From an uncultured Acidimicrobiia bacterium (GTDB lineage Bacteria; Actinomycetota; Acidimicrobiia; Spongiisociales; ZC4RG35), in the NCBI GenBank assembly GCA_964195405.1, contig CAXMPK010000145.1, forward strand, positions 1-55,924: 55,924 bases of DNA, written 5' to 3'. Each line of letters begins with the position of its first letter. The stretch's first letter is position 1. Below are positions 1 to 8,297 of the stretch, piece by piece. The notes beneath the pieces are model-generated. The model saw only the letters and a list, made by a program, of their open reading frames with translations, had not been told where the DNA came from and searched no databases. The position numbers and the translations under genes were made by a program.

Positions 1-731
1 CGCCAGGGGACATTGCCGTACTCAGAGATGGTCCCTGATGCGCTGTTGGCGGCTGTCACCGCGACGACCCCGACCAACCCGGCGCTGACGATCGCTGCGA
101 CCATCGAGCGTGCCGGCTTGGGCCTACCTTCGCTGTCACGAGCACGACCCACGTCACTTCTGCGATCGAGGGCAAGGGTTGTGACCGCCGTTGCCAGCAT
201 GAATGTCGAGGCTGCCATCCATCCCAGGCCGGCGCTGGCACGATCGAAGATGGCAAATTGCAGATAGAGGACGATGGAGGGAAGAATCATGGCAATGGCC
301 GGCCCCGCCAGGTAGCCCCATGTGTACAACGCGCCCACGACCCAGACCACGATGGCGAGGATCGCTATGACACCGGCACTCGGAATGATCGGCGGGATTC
401 CATGTCTGATCACTCCGATGGCCTGTTCCAGAGTCGAGGACAGTGCTGTCGGCGTCTCAGTCGTGGGCAGCACGCCGGCGAAGAGCGTGTCAGGGGCGCT
501 GATCCTCAAGAAAAGGACCAAGCCACCAAGGGAGAAAAGGGCGACCGATAAGGCTCTGCTGGTAACAACCTGTCTGATCAGCCACCAAACGATGCCACCG
601 AGAAACGCGGAGGCCAACAAGATCAGCTGCCATCTGGGCGTCCCTGGACCTGACTGGAGAAGACGACCCAACCTTGCCAGCACCAGAGCGAAGGCAATCA
701 GCCCCGCTAGCTGACCGAGACGGCGTCCCAC
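1..731 (-). CDS. Multi-pass membrane protein, N-terminal part of a probable DUF3488/transglutaminase-like (TgpA-type) protein; runs off the window edge
   Basis: Not in the ORF track. Read manually: GTG at 731 after GAGGA, open to the window edge (MGRRLGQLAGLIAFALVLARLG...), with many hydrophobic helices. It overlaps the DUF58 3' end and is third in a MoxR-DUF58-transglutaminase triad. The catalytic domain is not visible. Confidence 0.7.
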   Translation of the reverse strand, partial: MGRRLGQLAGLIAFALVLARLGRLLQSGPGTPRWQLILLASAFLGGIVWWLIRQVVTSRALSVALFSLGGLVLFLRISAPDTLFAGVLPTTETPTALSSTLEQAIGVIRHGIPPIIPSAGVIAILAIVVWVVGALYTWGYLAGPAIAMILPSIVLYLQFAIFDRASAGLGWMAASTFMLATAVTTLALDRRSDVGRARDSEGRPKPARSMVAAIVSAGLVGVVAVTAANSASGTISEYGNVPW

Positions 732-1885
732 GAGTTCCTCATCGCTGTCAGCCAGGATTTGGCCCACTCCTCGCCAGGTTCGACCGACACAGTGGTCACC
801 CCGAGGCGGTGAAACCCGATCAGGGTCTGGGCTGTCGAACTGGTAGCTCCCATCAAAACGGTAGTGCGATAGTCACTGGAGAGAAGTTGCTGGACTCCGA
901 GCAAGGCCCGGTCTGCGACACCCGTGATGAGAATCAACGCCCCGCCACCACCTTTGGCCCGCAATCGTGCAGCAACCGAGCTGATGTCGATAGCGCTGTC
1001 GGGCTCGACCACGGCAAGTCTTTCCATGACAGTCGAATATCGAGTCGCATCGATCGTATCGGCATCTCCGGCCCAAAGATCGGCGTCGAAGCCCGAACTG
1101 ACAAGATGTGTAATCACACTTGCCGCGCCTGACACTGCAGTCTCGAAGGCATCGGCCGACTCATATGAAGAGGGCCTCACATCAAGAAGAACTAGCGCAC
1201 GCGACTGCCAGGGCGTTTCCAACTGTCGGATCATCAGCTGATCGGTTTTCGCTGAATAAGGCCAGTGGACTCGACGTAGGTCGTCGCCGCGCTGGTATTC
1301 ACGCAATGTGTAGAAGTCTTCGCCACCTCTCTGGCTGTGCTCCGGTTTAGAGGCATTCATCGCTTGATCCTGACCTCTTACAAGGGGAAACCCACTCAAA
1401 TCCTCGACGCTGGGGTAGACGACGATTCGATCCATCGCCCCGCCAGGTGATTGCAGCTCCGCGAGGCCGAGCGGGTCTGAGGACGAGGCTCGGGCCGGCC
1501 CCACCCAGTACACCCCACGGGGGCGACAGGTAACCCGGTAGGTGGCTGTTGCGGTTTCGCCAGACGCCAATGCAGCAAGTTCGAAAGTGGCCAATCCCAG
1601 CTGCTCAACCTCATCCTGAACCACTAGCCGGCGTACCCGCCTCCGCCCCCGATTTTCGAGAACCAACGTCACGGTGGTCGTGTCTCCGTTGTGAACCACA
1701 GTGGATCCGAGACGACGGCCAACCCCAAGATTCGGGCGATGGGTACGTACGTAGATGAGCCCGACAAGCGAAGCAAGGAGAAAGAAGATTCCTGCCAAAA
1801 GCAACTCGGGGTCGCCGAATACATACCAGAGGATTGCCAAGGCCAGACCGGCGCCGAGAAGAGCCCAACCCCTGATGGTCGGCAC
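707..1885 (-). CDS. DUF58 domain-containing protein (MoxR-associated)
   Basis: Motifs RGVY..GP, SDPLGL and LREYQRGDDLRRVHW..SAK..QLMIRQ, plus two N-terminal TM helices. Start moved to GTG 1885 (MPTIRGWALL) because the ORF-track extension overlaps moxR. Confidence 0.88.
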   Translation of the reverse strand: MPTIRGWALLGAGLALAILWYVFGDPELLLAGIFFLLASLVGLIYVRTHRPNLGVGRRLGSTVVHNGDTTTVTLVLENRGRRRVRRLVVQDEVEQLGLATFELAALASGETATATYRVTCRPRGVYWVGPARASSSDPLGLAELQSPGGAMDRIVVYPSVEDLSGFPLVRGQDQAMNASKPEHSQRGGEDFYTLREYQRGDDLRRVHWPYSAKTDQLMIRQLETPWQSRALVLLDVRPSSYESADAFETAVSGAASVITHLVSSGFDADLWAGDADTIDATRYSTVMERLAVVEPDSAIDISSVAARLRAKGGGGALILITGVADRALLGVQQLLSSDYRTTVLMGATSSTAQTLIGFHRLGVTTVSVEPGEEWAKSWLTAMRNSWDAVSVS

Positions 1886-1898
1886 TAGCGACCCACCA

Positions 1899-2879
1899 CT
1901 ACGTCGCGATCCTCGATGTGGTCCCGGGGACCCGGAGTCTTCCCAGAATGTCGTCGATGAGATCGGTAACCGTTTCGCCACGCATCTGCGCTTCGGGACG
2001 CATCGCAAGCCTGTGTTCGAGCACCGGTTGCGCCAAGACTTTGATGTCATCCGGCATCACATAGTCACGGCCCTGTGACGCTGCACGCGATCGAGCCAGT
2101 CTCTGAAGGAACAGCGCCGACCTTGGAGACGCTCCGAGCTTGACATCAGGGTGGAGGCGGGTGCCCTCAACCAAATCGACAATGTAGTTCTTCACTGATT
2201 GGGAGACGGCCACTTCTCGGGCGATTGTCACCATCTCCTCAACTTCTTCCACCGTTGCTACCGGGTTGAGGTCGTAGAACGTCGAACGGATTCCGTGGGT
2301 GTCGAGAATCTCTAGTTCCTTTTCCCGGCTCGGATAGCCGATCACTACCCGCATCATGAAACGATCCAATTGAGCTTCAGGTAGCGGATAGGTTCCCTCG
2401 TGTTCCAAGGGATTCTGGGTGGCGATCACCATAAATGGCAGTTCCAGCGCCCTGGTGATCCCGTCGGAGGTCACCTGACGCTCTTCCATGGCCTCGAGCA
2501 GTGCTGACTGGGTCTTGGGACTGGCTCGGTTTATCTCATCACCAACCACGATGTTGGCGAAAATGGGACCTGGTTTGAACTCGAATTCGGAACGATCTCT
2601 ATCCCACACCGAGATGCCGGTCACATCCGAAGGCAGAAGATCAGGGGTGAACTGGATCCTGTTGAAGGCACCTCCGATGCTCTTAGCTAGAGATTTGGCG
2701 AGTTGGGTTTTGCCAACGCCCGGAACATCTTCGATCAAAACGTGTCCTTCGGCGACGAGGGCGAGGACCATCAATTCGACTACTTCGCGTTTGCCCTGGA
2801 TGACGGTTTCAACATTGCTGACCACGCGATTGAAATGTTGCCCGAAAATGTCGATCCTTGCGGGGTTTGCCTCATTCAA
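1899..2879 (-). CDS. moxR: MoxR family AAA+ ATPase
   Basis: HVLIEDVPGVGKT (Walker A), RIQFTPDLLPSDVTG, DEINRASPKTQSALLEAM, TQNP.E.EGTYPLPEAQLDRF. Confidence 0.95.
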   Translation of the reverse strand: MNEANPARIDIFGQHFNRVVSNVETVIQGKREVVELMVLALVAEGHVLIEDVPGVGKTQLAKSLAKSIGGAFNRIQFTPDLLPSDVTGISVWDRDRSEFEFKPGPIFANIVVGDEINRASPKTQSALLEAMEERQVTSDGITRALELPFMVIATQNPLEHEGTYPLPEAQLDRFMMRVVIGYPSREKELEILDTHGIRSTFYDLNPVATVEEVEEMVTIAREVAVSQSVKNYIVDLVEGTRLHPDVKLGASPRSALFLQRLARSRAASQGRDYVMPDDIKVLAQPVLEHRLAMRPEAQMRGETVTDLIDDILGRLRVPGTTSRIAT

Positions 2880-2978
2880 GAGCGATCTGTCTCCGAATTC
2901 GCATCTGGCGACTCTACCCCCAGGTCAGCGATCTGGGGGCTAGACTGTCGAACGGGGTATGAATCTGGGAGCATCAAA

Positions 2979-3233
2979 TTGACCACCTGGTTGGGGTTGC
3001 CGAGCCACATAGGCGCGTTGCTGAGGCGTCCGACCTTGTTTTGGGAGGCAGTTCTCTCGACTTGGGCGTTGCGTCGTCATGGCCGACCGTATCTTTCACG
3101 GGCATATCTCGACTGGCGTCTCCAGACTGCCTATGGGACAACTTTTGTCTCGATGCCCTCCACCGATCTGGTCCACTACCTCGAGTGGCGAAAACAGATG
3201 CGAAGAATTCGACTTTGGGGACTGGCGCGATGA
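2979..3233 (+). CDS. Small hypothetical protein (84 aa)
   Basis: 3' part of ORF 2703..3233. TTG at 2979 follows GGGAG, a TAGACT -10-like hexamer sits at 2941, and the stop overlaps the next start (ATGA). Sequence ...YLDWRLQTAYG...DLVHYLEWR looks protein-like. Confidence 0.65.
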   Translation: MTTWLGLPSHIGALLRRPTLFWEAVLSTWALRRHGRPYLSRAYLDWRLQTAYGTTFVSMPSTDLVHYLEWRKQMRRIRLWGLAR

Positions 3234-3802
3234 CATCGAGCCTCTCAACCAGACTGCAAGAGATACCGGGAGTCGCTTCTGTTGTCGTGGATCTAACGGA
3301 TTCCGGTGGAGGAATCAACGTTCGCCTCGAACCTGGAGCAGACGAGAGCCTTGTGATGGAAAAGCTCCATTCGCTGCTTGTCGCCTACGGAGTCCGTTCG
3401 CCACGCCCGCCACAGCTGCAACATTCTCGATCAGAGCGAGCAACGAATAGCGAATTCGGGGTTGACGTTGAGATCACTCCTATCAGTGGGGGAGCACGAG
3501 TTGAGGTGACGACCACCAATGTCCGATCGTTTCGGGTCGTTGCAGCCTCTCCGATTGCTATCGCCCAGGGTGTGTCCGACGCCTGGTGTCAGGTGATAGG
3601 GCAGATTCCGGTGGAAGTGGTCAACGTCTCTGTCGGTGACGACGGGATGCTTGCGGTGTCGATCTCCAACGGCGAGATTGAAACCAAGGGCTCTGCCAGT
3701 GTGGAAGCCGGTTGGGAAGATGCGTTGGCCCGGGCAGTCGGCGGCGCTCTCCGTGCCTCATTTGCCGCCACTACGCAGTCGAAGTTGGCCGTCAACACCT
3801 GA
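3230..3802 (+). CDS. Hypothetical protein (190 aa)
   Basis: ATG at 3230 is coupled to the upstream stop (MTSSLSTRLQEIPG...). Globular alpha/beta pattern; no family recognised. Confidence 0.75.
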   Translation: MTSSLSTRLQEIPGVASVVVDLTDSGGGINVRLEPGADESLVMEKLHSLLVAYGVRSPRPPQLQHSRSERATNSEFGVDVEITPISGGARVEVTTTNVRSFRVVAASPIAIAQGVSDAWCQVIGQIPVEVVNVSVGDDGMLAVSISNGEIETKGSASVEAGWEDALARAVGGALRASFAATTQSKLAVNT

Positions 3803-3869
3803 ACTGCGGCGCTGCTTGTGAATTCGAGACCCGAGTACCCTTGTCGCAGGTAGGTCGAAGGAAAACTCA

Positions 3870-4373
3870 TTGGCCCGAGCTCTTGTTCTCAACGCTAGTT
3901 ATGAACCGCTCTCCGTGGTTAGCGAACGGCGGGCGCTCATCCTCGTCCTCATGGACAAGGCGAGTGTGGTCGTTTCCAAAGACGAGACCTGGAACTCCGA
4001 GTCACTTTCGCTGCAACTGCCATCTGTCGTGAGACTCACACGGTTTGTCAAGGTTCCTTATCGTCGCGCCGTGCCCGTGACCAGACGGGCCGTTTTTGGG
4101 CGTGATGGCCATCGGTGTCAATACTGCGGTGGTCCCGCAGAATCACTCGATCACATCAAACCGAAGTCCCGAGGCGGCGATCACACCTGGGAGAATGTCG
4201 TGGCATGTTGTCGGGCCTGCAACGTGCGCAAGGGTGATCGGACACCAGCCGAAAGTGGTTTCAACCTGAAGACCGACCCCAGGCCCCCCAGACGGTTCGC
4301 CTGGATCTATGCATCGACCGGGTTCCAGGTCGATCCTGAATGGCAGCCGTACCTGCTTTCCGAATCCGCCTGA
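3870..4373 (+). CDS. HNH endonuclease (McrA-like, standalone)
   Basis: LVLNASYEPL N-terminus, RD...CQYCG, DHIKPKSRGG..TWENVVACC..CN..KG. Confidence 0.93.
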   Translation: MARALVLNASYEPLSVVSERRALILVLMDKASVVVSKDETWNSESLSLQLPSVVRLTRFVKVPYRRAVPVTRRAVFGRDGHRCQYCGGPAESLDHIKPKSRGGDHTWENVVACCRACNVRKGDRTPAESGFNLKTDPRPPRRFAWIYASTGFQVDPEWQPYLLSESA

Positions 4374-4500
4374 CCTGATTGTCATTCTTCGCCGAGACTG
4401 CTGGTCCGAGACCAGCGTGGAGGGTCTAACCCTTTCTAACTGCCCGTTTCTGGGGCGTCCACCCACACCCTGTCATCAAAGGTCAAGTTGATGAGGCTGT

Positions 4501-4546
4501 GTGGGCTGAGATAGTTGACATGTGGGGTGAAGTGGGCCATAGTGGC
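4501..4546 (+). promoter_or_regulatory. dcw promoter (TTGACA-17-CATAGT) overlapped by MraZ-type GTGGG repeats
   Basis: TTGACA 4515-4520 and CATAGT 4538-4543. GTGGG at 4501, 4522 and 4532 and GTGGC at 4542 give a 10-bp period for the last three, as in known MraZ operators. Confidence 0.8.
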
Positions 4547-4600
4547 GCTTGATCCCGCAAGGATGAGATTGGCAAGTAGGACGGACGGAAATGGGCCGAA

Positions 4601-5014
4601 GTGTTCTTAGGTGAGTACTTCCACAGTTTTGATGACAAAGGGAGGGTGGTCATGCCCTCCAGTTTTCGACGTCCGCTCGAAAACGGATGTGTCGTCGCCA
4701 AAGGGCAAGACGGACAACTGGTCATTTTTTCGGTCGATGAGTTTCAGAAACGAGCCGCAGACGTCATCGATCGCCCCCAGAACAAAGGCGGGAGAAGATT
4801 CTCTCGAACCGTCTTTGGGGGTGCTGATCTCCAGACGCTCGACAAATCGGGGCGCGTTCTGGTGAAACCTGATCTTCGCGACTACGCCGAATTGGTCGCC
4901 GGTCATGAAATTGTCGTTGTTGGTGTATTCGATCACATTGAGCTGTGGGAGAAGGACACCTATCTCAGCGACAGAAGTGCCGGGGACGAGATGTATCTCG
5001 ACGAGGAGGTCTGA
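4601..5014 (+). CDS. mraZ: Division/cell wall cluster transcriptional repressor MraZ
   Basis: MFLGEYFHSFDDKGRVVMP and a second DKSGRV repeat; first gene of the dcw cluster. Confidence 0.96.
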   Translation: MFLGEYFHSFDDKGRVVMPSSFRRPLENGCVVAKGQDGQLVIFSVDEFQKRAADVIDRPQNKGGRRFSRTVFGGADLQTLDKSGRVLVKPDLRDYAELVAGHEIVVVGVFDHIELWEKDTYLSDRSAGDEMYLDEEV

Positions 5015-5043
5015 CAGAACTCCGCACCCGCCTTGACTTGGCT

Positions 5044-5127
5044 CATTGCCAGCCCCCCGGAACCAATTGGAAGGCCCCTGACTCCGCCCGCTTCTAGTTG
5101 GTACCAGCGCCCGGGGGGCTGGCAATG
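5044..5127 (+). ncRNA. Long hairpin between mraZ and rsmH (mraW-RNA-motif-like cis element)
   Basis: CATTGCCAGCCCCCCGG (5044-5060) is the perfect reverse complement of 5111-5127. Inner 12-bp stem 5062-5073/5091-5102 has two G-U pairs. Same position as the actinobacterial mraW RNA motif. Confidence 0.6.
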
Positions 5128-6060
5128 GACCAGGACGGGATCAAGCAAGAAGACGAGTACCACCGGCCGGTGTTGGTTGAGGAGGTGGTCGCCTTGCTTG
5201 CACCCGCACTGCCAGGAGTCGTGATTGACGCCACGTTCGGGGGCGGCGGTCACAGCAAGCGTTTGTTGGATGAGTTTGGAGAAGACGTGACGATTATCGG
5301 GATTGATCGTGACCCGGAAGCTTTGGCGAATGCCGGCGCTCTTGGGGTTACTGCCATTCAGGGCAACTTTGGCGATCTCACCGACGTCCTGTCAGAACGG
5401 CTCTCGGAACCTCCAAGTGCTGTGTTGTTCGATTTTGGCGTCTCCTCACATCAGCTTGATGATGGGGAGAGGGGTTTCTCGTACCGTAAGGACGGTCCCT
5501 TGGATATGCGGATGGGCCCGGACGCAGGTCTCGATGCCGGGACAATCGTGAACGAGTGGTCTCAGACCGAAATCACTGGAATCATCCGCAGATACGGAGA
5601 AGAGCCGATGGCCGCCCGTATTGCTCGGGCAATCGTCGCCGCCCGACCTATCAAATCGACCGCCCACCTGTCCACCGTTGTTGCAGAGGCAACGCCTGCG
5701 GCCCGACGTCGGGCGGGTCACCCCGCCCGACGTACCTTCCAGGCCATCCGCATCGCGGTCAACGCCGAACTGGATGCAGTTGCCAGTGGTCTCGATCAAG
5801 CCATCGAAATGGTTGGCGAGGGAGGGCGCGTGCTGGCGATTTCCTATCATTCGCTTGAGGACAGGATCGTCAAACGACGGTTTGCTGACGGTGCGACCGG
5901 CTGCGTCTGCCCTCCCGATCTCCCGGTGTGTGGCTGCGGTGTGAGCGCCGAGCTCCGACTGCTCACCAGAAAGGCGATCAGGGCAAGCGCCGGCGAGGTG
6001 GCCGTGAACAATCGATCCCGATCTGCCGTAATGCGCGCTGCCGAGAAGGTGGCCGCGTGA
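5125..6060 (+). CDS. rsmH: 16S rRNA m4C1402 methyltransferase RsmH (MraW)
   Basis: HRPVL, DATFGGGGHS, DFGVSSHQLD..ERGFSY, LDMRM, RTFQAIRIAVN, SYHSLEDRIVK. Confidence 0.97.
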   Translation: MDQDGIKQEDEYHRPVLVEEVVALLAPALPGVVIDATFGGGGHSKRLLDEFGEDVTIIGIDRDPEALANAGALGVTAIQGNFGDLTDVLSERLSEPPSAVLFDFGVSSHQLDDGERGFSYRKDGPLDMRMGPDAGLDAGTIVNEWSQTEITGIIRRYGEEPMAARIARAIVAARPIKSTAHLSTVVAEATPAARRRAGHPARRTFQAIRIAVNAELDAVASGLDQAIEMVGEGGRVLAISYHSLEDRIVKRRFADGATGCVCPPDLPVCGCGVSAELRLLTRKAIRASAGEVAVNNRSRSAVMRAAEKVAA

Positions 6061-6443
6061 CCATCCGACCGGCGGCCCAAAGCGCAGAGAGCGAGGGACT
6101 TCGTGTTCTGCGAGGGCGTCGATTACGTAAACCCACTATTGCCCCCTGGATGGTCATGGCTCTGATTGCAGTCGTGGCGTTCCTCGGTTTGGGTTTTGCC
6201 CGAACGTCGCTTGACGGCTCCGCCTTCGAGTTAGTTGAGCTTGACCGGGCCATTGCCGAGCAGACAGCGCTCAATCGGCAACTCAATCTCGAGATTGCCC
6301 AGCTAGAGAATCCTGCCCGAATCTCACCGTTGGCAGAGGAACTTGGGTTGGTCATCCCCGAGCAGACCAAGCCCATCCTCGTAGACCTTGAACCGGGGAC
6401 TCCAGTGGTGGCAGAGCGGAGTAGCGACGGAACAAACCAATGA
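6057..6443 (+). CDS. ftsL: Cell division protein FtsL-like
   Basis: GTGA overlap with the rsmH stop. One TM helix, a leucine-zipper coiled coil and LENPARI...AEELGL; lies between rsmH and ftsI. Confidence 0.8.
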   Translation: MTIRPAAQSAESEGLRVLRGRRLRKPTIAPWMVMALIAVVAFLGLGFARTSLDGSAFELVELDRAIAEQTALNRQLNLEIAQLENPARISPLAEELGLVIPEQTKPILVDLEPGTPVVAERSSDGTNQ

Positions 6444-6521
6444 CGACCGGGCGACGCGCTGGCACCGGGACTCTGAGCGGGGCTCCGCCCTTCCGGTGTT
6501 CCAACCGGAGGACGCGGGGTC

Positions 6522-8297
6522 ATGAATACACCTAGAGGCCGTGCCCGTCTCCAACCGGCCAAGGTTCGGATCGCGATCATTGGAATCCTGGTCGTTCTGG
6601 CATGGCTTGGCATGGGTTATCGCCTCGTCCAGATCCAAGTGTTCGCAGCTCCGGTCCTCGCACAGGAAGGCCTCAATCAGCGACTCGTGTCACGGGACCT
6701 GGCACCGCAGAGAGGAAAAATCTTCGACCGTAACGGTGACTTGCTGGCGATGACTGTCGAGGCCCAAAGCCTCTACGCCGTACCCAATCAGGTTGAGGAG
6801 CCACTTTGGGTGGCCCAGCAGATTGGTGGGTTGCTCGAGGTGGACACCGATCGACTGCTCGAGCGGCTGACAGGCGATCGTGACTTTGTCTATTTGAAAC
6901 GGCAGGTGGAGGGTGTCCTTGCCGAGGAGATCCTTGGCATGGGGATCAGAGGTGTCTACTCCCTCCCGGAGCCGACCCGGTTATACCCTGCCGGCGATGT
7001 TGCCAGCCATGTGATTGGATTTGTCAACATCGACGGTGTCGGTCAGGAGGGTCTCGAGCTCGTGTATGACGAGGAATTAACCGGCGTGCCCGGAAGAGCC
7101 GAGTTCGAGCGTGGGCTCGACGGCACCCCAATTCTCCAGGGTATAAGCGACATTGTGCCGGCAGTCCCCGGTGTCGACCTCAACACAACCGTCGACATCC
7201 CGCTTCAATACCAAGCTCAGCAGGCATGCAAGGATGCGGTAAAGAGGACCAACGCCGACAACTGTTGGGTTGTGGTGCTCGGTGTCGAAACCGGCGAGAT
7301 TCTTGCGATGACTGGTTGGCCTGCATTCGATCCCGTCACCCGTCAGACGCTTGACCCAAAATGCGATCGCCTTGACGATCCGACAGAGTGTCGAAATTTC
7401 TCCAACTTCATCGTCAGGGGAATGTATGAACCCGGATCTACCCAGAAGCTGATCACGGTCGCGGCTGCGCTCGAAGAGGCTGAGGTGGCGATCGGAACAA
7501 CTATTCACGACGTTGGCGATGTCCTGGAACTGAGGGACGACGCCTGCCGTTCAGCTGAAGATGACTTGTACGGCTGCTACCGGGACTTCAAGAAGCATGA
7601 GACCCGCGATATGACCGTCGCCGAGATCTTCACTCGCTCGTCCAATGTGGGCACGATCATGATTGCCGACAGACTTGGTCAGAAGCGCCTGGTCGAATAC
7701 ATAGAGCGGTTCGGTCTCGGTCGCAAGACAGGCGTCGACTACACCGTCGAGTCGCCGGGACTTCTCAATTTCGAGGCGGGTTGCGAAACCTGTTGGGCTT
7801 CGGCGGCGATCGGTTACTCGGTGGCTGCGTCGCCACTCCAGATGGCAGCGGCATATGCAGCAATAGGCAACGACGGGAGCTGGATCACACCACATATTCT
7901 CTCATCGAAGACTGATGTCGACGGTGTCACCGAGGTGGCCGGCATCGAAACCCGGGAGGTAGTCTCGTCTGGGACCGCCCTTCTGATGCGAGAGCTCCTC
8001 GCGTCAGTCGTTGAGCGTGGCACCGGCGGCAATGCCGCCGTCGAGGGATATCGAGTGGGTGGTAAGACCGGTACCGCCAATAAGCTTGGCAGTGACGGCA
8101 GATACACCGACGAAACCAGAGCGTCTTTCGTTGGGATGGCGCCCATCAGCAACCCAAAGATCGTCGTGGCTGTTGTTGTCGATGCTCCGGACTTCGAGTT
8201 CCGAACCGGAGGCGTCGCAGCCGCCCCGGTGTCTGCAGCCGTGATGGAGCAAGCCCTTCACCGGCTTGGAGTTACACCTGATGGCGAACAGCGGTAG
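6522..8297 (+). CDS. ftsI: Class B penicillin-binding protein FtsI
   Basis: RGKIFDRNG, R.YPAG, GQEGLE, YEPGSTQK (SxxK), SSNVG (SxN), KTGTA. Confidence 0.95.
   Translation: MNTPRGRARLQPAKVRIAIIGILVVLAWLGMGYRLVQIQVFAAPVLAQEGLNQRLVSRDLAPQRGKIFDRNGDLLAMTVEAQSLYAVPNQVEEPLWVAQQIGGLLEVDTDRLLERLTGDRDFVYLKRQVEGVLAEEILGMGIRGVYSLPEPTRLYPAGDVASHVIGFVNIDGVGQEGLELVYDEELTGVPGRAEFERGLDGTPILQGISDIVPAVPGVDLNTTVDIPLQYQAQQACKDAVKRTNADNCWVVVLGVETGEILAMTGWPAFDPVTRQTLDPKCDRLDDPTECRNFSNFIVRGMYEPGSTQKLITVAAALEEAEVAIGTTIHDVGDVLELRDDACRSAEDDLYGCYRDFKKHETRDMTVAEIFTRSSNVGTIMIADRLGQKRLVEYIERFGLGRKTGVDYTVESPGLLNFEAGCETCWASAAIGYSVAASPLQMAAAYAAIGNDGSWITPHILSSKTDVDGVTEVAGIETREVVSSGTALLMRELLASVVERGTGGNAAVEGYRVGGKTGTANKLGSDGRYTDETRASFVGMAPISNPKIVVAVVVDAPDFEFRTGGVAAAPVSAAVMEQALHRLGVTPDGEQR

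Noticed and set aside
3870-4373. HNH gene as a mobile or RNA-guided nuclease (IscB/Cas9-like) or homing element
   Set aside because: Only 167 aa with no RuvC motifs, and no flanking repeats or array. It matches the common standalone actinobacterial HNH family.
6440-6535. 31-codon ORF starting at the ATGA overlap with the ftsL stop, possibly a frameshifted ftsI N-terminus
   Set aside because: ftsI has its own start at 6522 with an upstream GGAGG and a complete N-terminal TM segment. The peptide has no recognisable features.
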